Assembly: GCF_039654945.1 (NCBI RefSeq)
Contig: NW_027361683.1
Span: 36,270,001-36,334,000, forward strand
DNA length: 64,000 nt
Direction: 5' to 3'
Source: Dendrobates tinctorius
Taxonomy: Eukaryota
The translations under genes and the position numbers were made by a program. This document shows positions 52,801 to 63,772 of this stretch, in pieces. The notes under the pieces were generated by a model, which worked only from the letters and a program-made list of their open reading frames with translations, ran no database searches and had not been told where the DNA came from. Positions within the stretch are counted from its first letter, which is position 1; every line of letters begins with the position of its first letter.

Positions 52801-52904
52801 TCTGATCTTTGCCCACTCTCTGCAGAACCACCAGATACACCATCTCCATTAAAAACAGTGTCCATAGACGTTAACCAACATTGGTCTCTAGCTTTTGTAT
52901 CCAT
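49866..52904 (-). CDS. Intact PLE reverse transcriptase-GIY-YIG endonuclease; likely start MDTKAR, ~1012 aa
   Basis: KPADKG, GTAMG and YIDD motifs; CKECIAC linker; VVY...IYVG; GLN; start aligns with PLE1 MDFKAR. Confidence 0.95.
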   Translation of the reverse strand: MDTKARDQCWLTSMDTVFNGDGVSGGSAESGQRSDLKSSIKILLKKRTRMWWTKASLENYLARNLIPRGLRVKIMPSYPVEDSTFRTRWEEACNVCSRSLIELLIGNNKKSLDKIDSEIEQIRIQLLEKLSGSEVEAFNKEIDAQLNMWEKEVKDIKAKKFRRDLDDSKNGRIYRWQTNTKGSLETSRSSSISSISSREDEFRSSNRVYNLRKNTNKRRNEHYRKRDNRMDLLTSSRLQVINLSESQLTQSQMEVLSLGLSFSPTAPFNCFTAVKDLHLFARKLILKKLHDKGNDGDTWSPKEMDAIAILEELNEENEGPVNKGKFKPPVPKKFPPLNLYSNVEMFVRLVTNEFEKISRHVSHGNLSFAQREALKELSKMKEVVIKPADKGGNVVIWPVIAYEREAFRQLRDERCYQRMTFNPTTAYLQEIKIILEHAFEDGLINRELRDNLVPEFPKVACIYFIPKIHKDCTTPPGRPIVSGNGSLCEIVSKYLDFHLKPLVFDLPSYVKDTSDVLRKIEGIPFEEDMWLVSLDVESLYTSIQHQDGIRATQTYLMMADYEERFVDFLVTLLKFALEHNYFMFKETIYLQKQGTAMGAAFAPSYANLFLGKWERDMFFTRPVAFIEKVLFWARYIDDILLIWQGTEQDLLNFLSMLNDNSINVRLTCKHSQSDIDFLDIKIFKGSDGFLHTDMFRKETAVNSILHATSSHPRSLVEGIPTGQFLRAKRICSSEEAYQGQAEDLTSRFTSRGYSRRSIHRGMRKANQAKRIDLLVPKYRPLETQKVRFISSFNDKWHEMRQALDKYWPILMTDRTLAKYVPKHSSITYRRSSNLRDKLVHSYHMGLKPERAFGSKGPKWGFFPCKECIACPNMQQTSSFKSSDGGITYNITQHITCNSIGVVYYAVCPCEKIYVGMTSRPLKIRVREHFRDIRNASDTEDNTTLKSVPRHFKLVHGSNPKLLKVCGIDKVHIDHRGGNWKKILAQKEAEWIYKLGTVQPRGLNEVLSFAPFL

Positions 52905-53831
52905 AACGGCCCCACAGCTCTGTAACAAAGTACAGAAACCAATAAGTATACAAATATCCACAATTCGGGCCTGAAAATACATGGCACTCCCCAACTACTG
53001 TATATACCAAAAAGATCAAGGAAGCATAATGCCATAAAATGTAATTTACTTTATTGAATGACGTATAACAAAGATAGACATAAAAAATAGACATAAAAAG
53101 AGATGGATATATCGGTGGATATCACTGGTACAAATGTGCTAAACGTGTACAGATACACAAAAAATGATATACCTAATAATCCGATGTCGAAGATATCATA
53201 ACCAAGTGTATCAATAAGAGGTATAAGAAGTATATAACGTATGTGCGTTCTTAGGCGACTGGATTGTAAAATGCTATAGTAATATTACTATCAAGAAAGA
53301 GAGCTATAGGCATCCATGGCAGTGATATGGCCACCACCCAATATATATGACCCAAATGGCCAAAAAGAGCTCTTAGCAGCTAATACATTAATATGGCCAA
53401 GTTAAGTGCACGACATTACTATAATACTTTGGACAAAAATTCATGTCCTAACAGAGAGGTAATGATATAAGTATTCACCCCCTGTCACCGCTATGACACT
53501 GCATAGACACATATACTATTATAATATAACACTGCTATAATTTGGACAACCCAGTCCTAAAAAAGTGCTAATAGTGCAAAATGTAAGTCTGCTGTCACAG
53601 CTGTAACATTAAGTAAACGTGCAAAAAGAATAGGCCAGAATGTTCAATGATTGTAAATGCGCTGTTTTAGGCAATTAGAATGCCAGGTAGCATAAAGTAG
53701 TATATACCCACATAGTCATATCACAGACATGGGTACAAGGAATGACACAGAGTGTGCATAGCATATAAGTCCCCATAGAAATGCTGATAAGCCCCCTTAA
53801 TTAAGAGCACATATGACCTGAGATACCGCGG

Positions 53832-53870
53832 TTCCCGACGCGCGTTTCGCCTTAGCTTCGTCCTGGGAGG
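53832..53870 (-). ncRNA. Hammerhead-like motif with variant core (central pLTR)
   Basis: Same as 48594-48632 except GGGA after the GUC site. Confidence 0.7.
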
Positions 53871-54380
53871 TAAGTGAGTATGGCTGTGGGGTGTATTAGA
53901 GTATATATAGCAACATGATTGCAAATCATTCACCGCTGAGAAATCATCCGGTGCCCGGCGTGTGACGTCATCATGGCGTGCGTCCCCCGGCCGCACAGCC
54001 ACTCCCCATCATACACGTCATGATGTGGAGACGGCTGAATGAGGCCAGGGTGAGCGCGTTGCCACGGCGACGCACCACGCTGCAGGATGACGCTGCAGAT
54101 AGGTAAGCCACTCCTCCACCCGACGTGTCAGGGAAGAGAGGCAGGCTTAACCCATCCAACAGACGTATCCGCACAGAGTGTGCACGGTGCTCTGGGAGAT
54201 GCATAGAGATTAAGGTATGATAAAGTGTCTTGAAAGTAAATTACATTTTATGGCATTATGCTTCCTTGATCTTTTTGGTATATACAGTAGTTGGGGAGTG
54301 CCATGTATTTTCAGGCCCGAATTGTGGATATTTGTATACTTATTGGTTTCTGTACTTTGTTACAGAGCTGTGGGGCCGTT

Positions 54381-57300
54381 ATGGATACAAAAGCTAGAGA
54401 CCAATGTTGGTTAACGTCTATGGACACTGTTTTTAATGGAGATGGTGTATCTGGTGGTTCTGCAGAGAGTGGGCAAAGATCAGACCTCAAGAGTTCCATT
54501 AAGATTTTATTAAAGAAAAGAACTAGGATGTGGTGGACCAAGGCATCATTAGAGAATTATTTGGCGAGAAATCTCATACCCCGTGGTCTAAGGGTTAAAA
54601 TCATGCCATCATACCCTGTGGAAGATTCCACCTTTCGTACAAGGTGGGAGGAGGCTTGCAATGTATGTTCAAGATCCCTCATAGAATTACTTATTGGTAA
54701 TAATAAAAAGAGTCTAGATAAAATTGATTCAGAGATTGAGCAGATTCGAATTCAATTACTTGAGAAACTATCTGGATCAGAGGTGGAGGCCTTTAATAAG
54801 GAAATTGATGCCCAATTGAACATGTGGGAAAAAGAAGTAAAAGACATTAAGGCCAAAAAATTCCGAAGGGATCTTGATGACTCTAAAAATGGCCGAATAT
54901 ATAGGTGGCAAACTAATACCAAGGGCAGCTTGGAGACTTCTAGATCGTCCTCCATATCCTCTATCTCTTCTAGAGAAGATGAATTTAGATCCAGCAATCG
55001 GGTCTATAATCTGAGAAAAAATACCAATAAAAGAAGGAATGAACATTATAGAAAGAGGGATAATAGGATGGATTTATTGACATCCTCTAGACTCCAGGTA
55101 ATTAATCTTTCAGAGTCCCAGCTGACTCAATCACAGATGGAAGTTTTAAGTTTAGGACTCTCCTTTTCACCTACGGCTCCATTTAATTGTTTTACAGCGG
55201 TAAAAGACCTCCACTTATTTGCACGAAAACTAATACTTAAAAAACTACATGATAAGGGCAATGATGGGGATACATGGAGTCCCAAAGAAATGGATGCTAT
55301 TGCCATCTTAGAGGAACTTAATGAAGAGAATGAAGGACCTGTCAATAAGGGTAAGTTCAAACCTCCGGTTCCAAAAAAATTTCCCCCCCTTAACCTATAT
55401 TCAAATGTTGAAATGTTTGTACGGCTAGTTACCAATGAATTTGAAAAGATTTCGAGACATGTCTCACATGGTAACCTGTCGTTCGCTCAGAGGGAAGCAC
55501 TTAAAGAACTTAGTAAGATGAAAGAGGTGGTGATAAAACCTGCCGATAAAGGGGGTAACGTGGTGATATGGCCCGTTATAGCATACGAGAGGGAGGCATT
55601 CAGGCAATTGAGGGATGAGAGATGTTATCAGAGAATGACCTTCAATCCCACCACAGCATATCTACAGGAAATCAAAATAATTTTGGAACATGCCTTTGAA
55701 GACGGGCTGATCAATCGGGAACTTAGAGACAACCTTGTACCAGAATTTCCTAAGGTGGCATGTATATATTTTATACCAAAAATCCATAAAGATTGTACTA
55801 CCCCACCTGGACGACCAATCGTGTCGGGCAATGGGAGTCTATGTGAAATTGTGTCCAAGTATTTGGACTTCCATTTGAAACCCTTGGTCTTTGACTTGCC
55901 ATCTTATGTGAAAGACACCAGTGATGTCCTTCGTAAAATCGAAGGCATCCCATTTGAAGAGGACATGTGGTTGGTTAGTCTTGACGTCGAGTCCTTATAC
56001 ACCTCCATCCAACATCAGGATGGTATACGGGCTACTCAGACTTATTTAATGATGGCGGACTATGAAGAGAGGTTTGTTGATTTTCTGGTGACACTATTAA
56101 AATTTGCCCTTGAGCACAATTATTTTATGTTCAAGGAAACTATTTATCTACAAAAACAGGGCACGGCTATGGGGGCAGCGTTTGCCCCATTATATGCCAA
56201 CTTATTTCTGGGCAAATGGGAGAGGGACATGTTCTTTACCCGCCCGGTTGCCTTTATTGAGAAGGTCCTGTTCTGGGCCCGCTATATAGATGACATTCTT
56301 CTCATCTGGCAGGGAACAGAACAGGACCTTCTCAATTTCCTCAGTATGCTTAATGATAATTCCATTAATGTTAGGCTTACGTGTAAGCATAGCCAGTCCG
56401 ACATAGACTTTTTGGACATTAAAATCTTCAAGGGATCAGACGGCTTTCTACATACCGATATGTTCCGCAAAGAAACGGCGGTAAACTCTATCTTACACGC
56501 CACTTCTTCACACCCCAGATCACTGGTGGAAGGGATTCCAACAGGACAATTTCTCAGGGCAAAACGCATTTGTTCGAGTGAGGAAGCGTATCAGGGACAA
56601 GCAGAGGATCTTACATCTAGGTTCACGTCTAGAGGGTACTCTAGACGAAGCATCCATAGAGGAATGAGAAAGGCTAATCAGGCGAAGAGAATAGATCTGC
56701 TTGTTCCTAAATATAGACCTCTAGAAACACAAAAAGTGAGATTTATCTCCTCATTTAATGTTAAGTGGCACGAAATGAGACAGGCGTTAGATAAATACTG
56801 GCCAATCCTCATGACTGATAGAACTCTAGCGAAATATGTCCCCAAACATTCCTCGATTACATATAGGAGGTCCAGCAATTTACGGGACAAATTGGTGCAC
56901 AGTTATCATATGGGTTTAAAACCTGAGAGAGCATTTGGGTCGAAGGGTCCCAAATGGGGTTTCTTCCCATGTAAGGAATGCATTGCATGTCCTAATATGC
57001 AACAGACTTCTTCTTTCAAATCCAGTGATGGTGGCATAACATACAACATCACGCAGCACATTACCTGCAACTCTATTGGTGTAGTATATTATGCTGTATG
57101 TCCATGTGAAAAAATATATGTTGGCATGACCTCCAGGCCTTTAAAAATCAGAGTTAGGGAGCACTTTAGGGACATTAGAAATGCCTCTGATACCGAGGAT
57201 AACACAACTCTCAAATCAGTTCCGAGACATTTTAAATTGGTCCATGGGAGTAATCCCAAACTACTCAAGGTCTGTGGAATAGACAAGGTTCATATTGACC

Positions 57301-57419
57301 ACCGTGGTGGAAATTGGAAGAAAATATTAGCTCAAAAAGAAGCCGAATGGATATACAAGCTGGGAACGGTCCAACCAAGGGGACTCAATGAGGTTCTGAG
57401 CTTTGCCCCATTTCTGTAG
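54381..57419 (+). CDS. Intact PLE RT-GIY-YIG, second copy
   Basis: Identical to the minus copy except APSY/APLY and FNDK/FNVK. Confidence 0.95.
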   Translation: MDTKARDQCWLTSMDTVFNGDGVSGGSAESGQRSDLKSSIKILLKKRTRMWWTKASLENYLARNLIPRGLRVKIMPSYPVEDSTFRTRWEEACNVCSRSLIELLIGNNKKSLDKIDSEIEQIRIQLLEKLSGSEVEAFNKEIDAQLNMWEKEVKDIKAKKFRRDLDDSKNGRIYRWQTNTKGSLETSRSSSISSISSREDEFRSSNRVYNLRKNTNKRRNEHYRKRDNRMDLLTSSRLQVINLSESQLTQSQMEVLSLGLSFSPTAPFNCFTAVKDLHLFARKLILKKLHDKGNDGDTWSPKEMDAIAILEELNEENEGPVNKGKFKPPVPKKFPPLNLYSNVEMFVRLVTNEFEKISRHVSHGNLSFAQREALKELSKMKEVVIKPADKGGNVVIWPVIAYEREAFRQLRDERCYQRMTFNPTTAYLQEIKIILEHAFEDGLINRELRDNLVPEFPKVACIYFIPKIHKDCTTPPGRPIVSGNGSLCEIVSKYLDFHLKPLVFDLPSYVKDTSDVLRKIEGIPFEEDMWLVSLDVESLYTSIQHQDGIRATQTYLMMADYEERFVDFLVTLLKFALEHNYFMFKETIYLQKQGTAMGAAFAPLYANLFLGKWERDMFFTRPVAFIEKVLFWARYIDDILLIWQGTEQDLLNFLSMLNDNSINVRLTCKHSQSDIDFLDIKIFKGSDGFLHTDMFRKETAVNSILHATSSHPRSLVEGIPTGQFLRAKRICSSEEAYQGQAEDLTSRFTSRGYSRRSIHRGMRKANQAKRIDLLVPKYRPLETQKVRFISSFNVKWHEMRQALDKYWPILMTDRTLAKYVPKHSSITYRRSSNLRDKLVHSYHMGLKPERAFGSKGPKWGFFPCKECIACPNMQQTSSFKSSDGGITYNITQHITCNSIGVVYYAVCPCEKIYVGMTSRPLKIRVREHFRDIRNASDTEDNTTLKSVPRHFKLVHGSNPKLLKVCGIDKVHIDHRGGNWKKILAQKEAEWIYKLGTVQPRGLNEVLSFAPFL

Positions 57420-58319
57420 GATGCTATTGTTGTAAGGTGTAGGTTGGCTTTCTTTGTTTTATATTTTTTATTCTCATTTTATTCCTAGTTTCTGTATTAC
57501 ATTGGTGTGTGGTGTATTTGGACATCGGGTCAGGACGACACCTCCAAGCCTACTGATTGAGAAGCTGTTACATCCCATCTGATATTGGAGGGACTCGAAT
57601 ATCTATTGGTCGACACTCATGGGAAATCAAGAGAGAATGTGATCATCGTGGGATTTATTTTTCAGGACTGCTGTATGTCTATACTGTGGACTCTGATGTC
57701 TAGATAGAGTGTGCACTCATTAGTACATTCATGTACGTCCTTGGGTTCACACATTACCTGTTTTGGAGTCCTCACCTTTGTAATTTCAATATAGTCATGT
57801 GCTAATTGACTTGCACATGGTTGACACCCTGGTTATAACTATATTTCCATACAAAGTATTTAGGGAAGGAATACGTAGTGATACGTTATGTTACATTTTC
57901 ACATCTCCATATGGCCATCTTTTACTTAACGGTGTAATGTTGCTCTAGTTATGTTGACAATTAGGGGGATAATTCATGACATCATATGCCTTTGATTGCA
58001 ATTCTCTAGTGTACGATGTGATTCATACTGTATGCAGTTGAAATTTTCAACTTTGCCGCTATATATATTACTGCTCAACTTCCTAAATCTTTATTAACCA
58101 TACAGTTCTCTCTATATTAATAATCTTTAGAATTTTCTCCTTATATCTCATCAATAGATATTCACCCATGTATATTGTATGGTTTAATGGTGAAAATTTT
58201 GGAAACATGTATTTCTGTATATATAATCTGACAGGACGCTATTTAAGTCTATCATTTATTTATAAATGATGCATTTGAGCAACATGATTTCAAGACACTT
58301 TATCATACCTTAATCTCTA

Positions 58320-58625
58320 TGCATCTCCCAGAGCACCGTGCACACTCTGTGCGGATACGTCTGTTGGATGGGTTAAGCCTGCCTCTCTTCCCTGACACGT
58401 CGGGTGGAGGAGTGGCTTACCTATCTGCAGCGTCATCCTGCAGCGTGGTGCGTCGCCGTGGCAACGCGCTCACCCTGGCCTCATTCAGCCGTCTCCACAT
58501 CATGACGTGTATGATGGGGAGTGGCTGTGCGGCCGGGGGACGCACGCCATGATGACGTCACACGCCGGGCACCGGATGATTTCTCAGCGGTGAATGATTT
58601 GCAATCATGTTGCTATATATACTCT
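58320..58625 (+). promoter_or_regulatory. Putative promoter in the PLE2 pLTR
   Basis: CpG-rich patch; CRE TGACGTCA at ~58553; TATATA at ~58614, just upstream of the hammerhead. Confidence 0.5.
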
Positions 58626-58652
58626 AATACACCCCACAGCCATACTCACTTA

Positions 58653-58691
58653 CCTCCCAGGACGAAGCTAAGGCGAAACGCGCGTCGGGGA
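58653..58691 (+). ncRNA. Hammerhead-like motif with variant core (pLTR of the plus copy)
   Basis: CCTCCC-AGGACGA-AGCTAAGGC-GAAACGCGCGTC-GGGGA. Confidence 0.7.
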
Positions 58692-60179
58692 CCGCGGTAT
58701 CTCAGGTCATATGTGCTCTTAATTAAGGGGGCTTATCAGCATTTCTATGGGGACTTATATGCTATGCACACTCTGTGTCATTCCTTGTACCCATGTCTGT
58801 GATATGACTATGTGGGTATATACTACTTTATGCTACCTGGCATTCTAATTGCCTAAAACAGCGCATTTACAATCATTGAACATTCTGGCCTATTCTTTTT
58901 GCACGTTTACTTAATGTTACAGCTGTGACAGCAGACTTACATTTTGCACTATTAGCACTTTTTTAGGACTGGGTTGTCCAAATTATAGCAGTGTTATATT
59001 ATAATAGTATATGTGTCTATGCAGTGTCATAGCGGTGACAGGGGGTGAATACATATATCATTACCTCTCTGTTAGGACATGAATTTTTGTCCAAAGTATT
59101 ATAGTAATGTCGTGCACTTAACTTGGCCATATTAATGTATTAGCTGCTAAGAGCTCTTTTTGGCCATTTGGGTCATAAATATTGGGTGGTGGCCATATCA
59201 CTGCCATGGATGCCTATAGCTCTCTTTCTTGATAGTAATATTACTATAGCATTTTACAATCCAGTCGCCTAAGAACGCACATACGTTATATACTTCTTAT
59301 ACCTCTTATTGATACACTTGGTTATGATATCTTCGACATCGGATTATTAGGTATATCATTTTTTGTGTATCTGTACACGTTTAGCACATTTGTACCAGTG
59401 ATATCCACCGATATATCCATCTCTTTTTATGTCTATTTTTTATGTCTATCTTTGTTATACGTCATTCAATAAAGTAAATTACATTTTATGGCATTATGCT
59501 TCCTTGATCTTTTTGGTATATATAATTTTTGGAAATGTTTGGACTCTAAGTTGGGTCTCCTTCATGTGTGTTGCCTGAATTTGGCAAGGGCTCTCCGAGC
59601 ACCAGGCCTGCACCTGTCAGTCATTCACCTGTTGCTGATCAATGTTTAAGCTAGAAATGCTGGTCCAAGCACTGTTCCATGCATTCATGCTGCGCAATTA
59701 TACTATATGTACTTTGGGTCAGTTGGGTGGTTGGAGAGTTGTGATGCAGGGGGGAATCAAGGGTAATTGGGGTGTCACCTCTGAGGACTGTACTGTGTGT
59801 GATGTTAAGGTGGAGGAAGAGGAGGAGAGGTCACTTGATGCAGCTCTTGCCATCCACTGGAGCACATGCTCTTTCTGGCCCTCATATACCAGGCGTACCG
59901 CTGTGCTATTACCAAGTAAAGGTAGTCGAGAAGCCCATCCAGTAACAGAAGTTATCACTTGTCTTTGGATAGGACGAGCCAGTGTTTGTTCAGTAGAGCT
60001 TTCAGTAACATTACCACCTAGAACACCAAGCCTATTCTGACTTCCACCACAACCTCACTTTTTCACACTCATGTTGGATGTACACTTCCCCCCTTTAAAC
60101 CGGTTGTTTCACAATCCTAGGCTAAGACATGTCAGTCTCCTGTCACTAAATTAACAATCATTATTTATTTGCTGAGATA

Positions 60180-61130
60180 GTGTGTCTGGACCACAGAATT
60201 AACAGAAAGGATTTGGATTCAGAAATGTGGGCTTGTGCCTGAACCACAGTATTAGCACAAACAACTTAGATTGTGAAATGTACTGTGTTGCATTCACCAC
60301 AGTGTTAGCACAAAGTATTGATATGCTGAAATTAGCCCAAACAATTTAGATTATGAAATGTGGCCTGGTGCCTGCACCACAGTATTATTCCAAACAAATT
60401 ATAATATGAAATGTAGCCTGGTGCCTGCACCACAGTATTAGCACAAACGACTTAAGGCCCTTTTACATTTAGCGATGCACCAGCGATCCGACCAGCGATC
60501 CGACCCGGTCAGGATCGCTGGTGCATCGCTAAATGATCGCTAGTGAGCTTTCATACAGAAAGATCTCACAGTGATGCAACAGCGACGCAGCGCACGATAC
60601 TTACCATTCACACACAGCAATCCTGACGTCCTCCCGCCCGCCTCCACGCGTCGCTCGTCGTCACAGCAGGAAGTCTCAGCAGGAAGCGCCCGACGAAAAA
60701 TGGAGCCGGACATTCTCGCGCGATCAGCGATGGACAGCGGGGGAGCCGGTCGCTGGTAAGTATCACACATAGCGATATCGCTAGCAATATCGCTATAACG
60801 TCACAAAACCAGTGACGTTTTAGCGATATTGCTAGCGATATCGCTTAGTGTAAAACCCCCTTAAGATTATGAAATGTACTGTGTCCCCGCACCACAGTAT
60901 TAGCGCAAAGGATTTAGATTATGAAATGTGGCCTGGTGCCTGCACCACAATAGCACAATCGATTAGATTAGGAAATGTGACCTCCTTCCTGCACAACAAT
61001 ATTAGCACAAACGATTTAGATTAGGAAATGTGGCCTCCTGACTGTACTACAACATTATCACACACTATTTAGATTAGCAAATGTGGCCTCCTGCATGCAG
61101 CACAATATTAGCACAAACGAGTTACATGCT
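60180..61130. repeat. ~53-bp minisatellite, interrupted by a MITE
   Basis: Unit ~AAATGTGGCCTGGTGCCTGCACCACAGTATTAGCACAAACGATTTAGATTATG. Confidence 0.85.
60455..60861. mobile_element. Harbinger-like MITE
   Basis: Same family as 19143 and 29229; TTA/TAA flanks. Confidence 0.85.
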
Positions 61131-62375
61131 TGAAGGTCGATTTCACACAGGATCCTATCTATCTGATCTAGCTGAAAAGAAATCGCCTATTTAACTATCT
61201 GACTACTTGCAGCAGGAGCATCCTCTCTGCGCTGTTACACTGACATAATGGCACCAAAACAACATATCCATTTTTTATATGGAGAGGGACATGTGGCTTC
61301 CGCAGCCAATTACAGAAACCCTTGTACAGTATCTGGACATTGTGAATTTTTTATTTTTGCGCCCTGATTGGCTGCCGAAATTTCCACCCATTAAGTTTAA
61401 AAAAATTGCAGTCCGTCGCTACTCCTCGTCTCCTACCTTAACCCATCCACTTCCTTCATCAAACATACCCCCCCGCTCATCATACAGAACCACTATCCTA
61501 GCCACAGTCATATCAAAAGCATTGTTGGAAGCACAATCATTTACCAAACTATGCCCAAATTTTGCAGACTTTGAGGGAAAATCTCGGGAATCCGAACACG
61601 AATACAAATGTGCTACATCTGTTCTGAATTTTAGATTGTCCATCGTTTTCTGAACAAGTTTACTCATTTCTATCTATGAGTACATACTTGTATGTTTGGT
61701 ATTTTCATTTATCCCTGTACGTCCTCCCTTGTTAGTATAGTTTGTGTATATACATACACTATTACTCCCCACTTCCCTGGGTGGGGGAGATATAGGGCTG
61801 ATTCAGGAGTTCAGCAAGGCACGTGGCCCCAGCTTCTCCACCATCAGAAGTAATTTGGGGAGCAGGGATAGCTAGAGTGCCCCTCGCAGTAGGTAGGGAC
61901 AGGGAAGGAGTCCTTGGCCCTGGGTATTCTGACAACAGAGTTGTTACAGGTGCATGTTTGTTCAGTATCTCCTGCTATTCACCTGGCTCATTTACTGTTT
62001 ATTCTGACCTCTACGCTCTTGACCTCAGCTACATGTACTGAACTTGTGCTATCTGCCATGATTCCAGATTGTCTAGCCTCATCTTTGCTCCTATCCTCCT
62101 GTACCTCCTACCGTGTCTCTGACCCGCCAGTCAACTGCTGTAAAATCAGGAACTGCCCTGGAGTGGTACCTGGTGTCTACTGGCTGCCCACCCTATACTG
62201 CCTGCCCACCCTATCCTCACCATCAGGAGCTCTAATGAAAACTCGGTAGACATTTAGTCATGCCTCTCCAGTGTAAGCCCGATCCATAACACTCATCCTG
62301 GAAGTTGTATAACATAGAAGCTGTCAGTCAAGCAGGTGCTGGGCGGGGAATAAAGGTGGGGTGAAAGAGGCCTAA

Positions 62376-63059
62376 AGGCCCCATCACACATAGCGATCTC
62401 GCTAGCAAGATCGCTGCTGAGTCACAAGTTTTGTGACACAACAGCGATCTCACCAGTGAGATCGCTATGTGTGACAGCGATCAGCGATCAGCGACCGGCC
62501 CCCTGCCGGTATCGCTGATCGCTCTTGGAAATCTCTGGACATTTCTTTCGTCGCTGATCTCCTGCTGGCCATCATGCATCGCTGTGTGTGACAGGCGGGA
62601 GACCAGCGATCAGCGATAAAATAATAATAATAATAAAAAAAAAAAATAAAATTACTATTCTCACCTTCCCACGTCCCACGCAGCATTCCCGCCTCTCTCC
62701 ACGCACCGGTCCCAGTAATCCTTTGCAAGAATGACCACAAGACTTCGCGATCCAGCGAGAACAGACGTCATCGCGGTAATTCTCACAAAGGATTACTGGG
62801 ACCGGAGCGTGGAGAGAGGCGGGAATGCTGCGCGGGACGTCGGAAGGTGAGAATAACAATATTTTTTACTTTAATTCTATTTTTGACATGAATCAGCGCT
62901 GAACACAGCGATGCCGCATGCGCGGCGTCGCTGTGCTGATCGCTGGTGAAGCTGTCTGTTTGACAGCTCACCAGCGATCACATAGCGATTCACCAGCAAT
63001 CCTGACATGTTGATATCGTTGTCGGGATCACTGGTAAGTCGCTTAGTGTGACGGGGCCT
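62376..63059. mobile_element. Harbinger-like MITE with an internal hairpin cassette
   Basis: TIRs AGGCCCCATCACAC / GTGTGACGGGGCCT; TAA/TTA flanks. Confidence 0.85.
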
Positions 63060-63772
63060 TTAGATCTACATCCTCATTTGCATATTAATTCAAATGCTAA
63101 TTTCTCAGTAAACGAGGAACAGACTGGACATATGTGTGAAGGTATTGGTGACTTGTCTTTGATAGAGATACATGCACATACAAATAGTTTGTGGGGTGAA
63201 ATCCTGCAAACATATACTCTGTAGATTACTGGAAGAAAGACATACACCACTGAAGTCACTTTCAGCCAATGCACACTTTAATTTTTTTTATTGCTGTTTT
63301 AACAAGCTATCACCTATACAAAGGATAGGTGACTACTGCTAGATTTGTGTGGTCTAACCTATGTCACCCATCTGAATGGAGCTGCAGTGAGGTACAGTAT
63401 ATGTGCTGCCACTCTAATCAAAGTCCATAGAACTGATATAATAACAGGCAGGTTTTTCGAGTTTTCCAGCATGTTTTATTTTCTTTCAAATAAGGAAATG
63501 TTTTCAAAACCACAAGTTTTTTCAAGTCATATTTCCCTGTATGATGACCAACTTCTGCAGAAACAAGCAGTGTTGTAAAAAATACCATACATTAAGAAAA
63601 CCCAAATATTTGTAGGAACATATAAAGGAAATTGCATACTAACCACCGCTAGACTTCTAATTAAGGTTGTGTAAATTCACACTCACACATGCTTACATGG
63701 TGTTGTGCAAGATACTGTACTTAAAAAAATTCCATGAAACTTCACACATAAAGGTGAAAATGTGAACTGTAA

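Larger units (their letters stand above)
47719..59522. mobile_element. Palindromic double Neptune-type PLE (PLE2)
   Basis: Arms 47764-53052 and 54233-59522 are near-identical inverted repeats; central pLTR spacer; tail at 47719-47763; TSD TAATTTTTGG(AAAT) at 47705-47718 and 59523-59536. Confidence 0.95.
59640..61622 (-). mobile_element. 5' part of a hAT element related to 43680-47220, in opposite orientation
   Basis: GQKEHVLQWMARAASS matches ~43690-43740; subterminal tandem repeats; hAT-like end near 61620. Confidence 0.55.

Noticed and set aside
54291-54380. Hydrophobic N-terminal extension (MGSAMYFQ...) of the 1042-aa ORF as a signal peptide
   Set aside because: It starts at TTG, overlaps the acceptor and pyrimidine tract, and homology with PLE1 begins only at MDTKAR
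49866-57419. Telomerase or a domesticated host RT gene
   Set aside because: The GIY-YIG domain, pLTRs and TSD identify a PLE
60180-61130. CRISPR-like array (also 45912-46179)
   Set aside because: Contiguous tandem units with no unique spacers, in a eukaryotic TE context
61790-62313. LTR-like fragments (also ~39650-40200 and ~41540-42800)
   Set aside because: No paired ends or TSD could be fixed by eye
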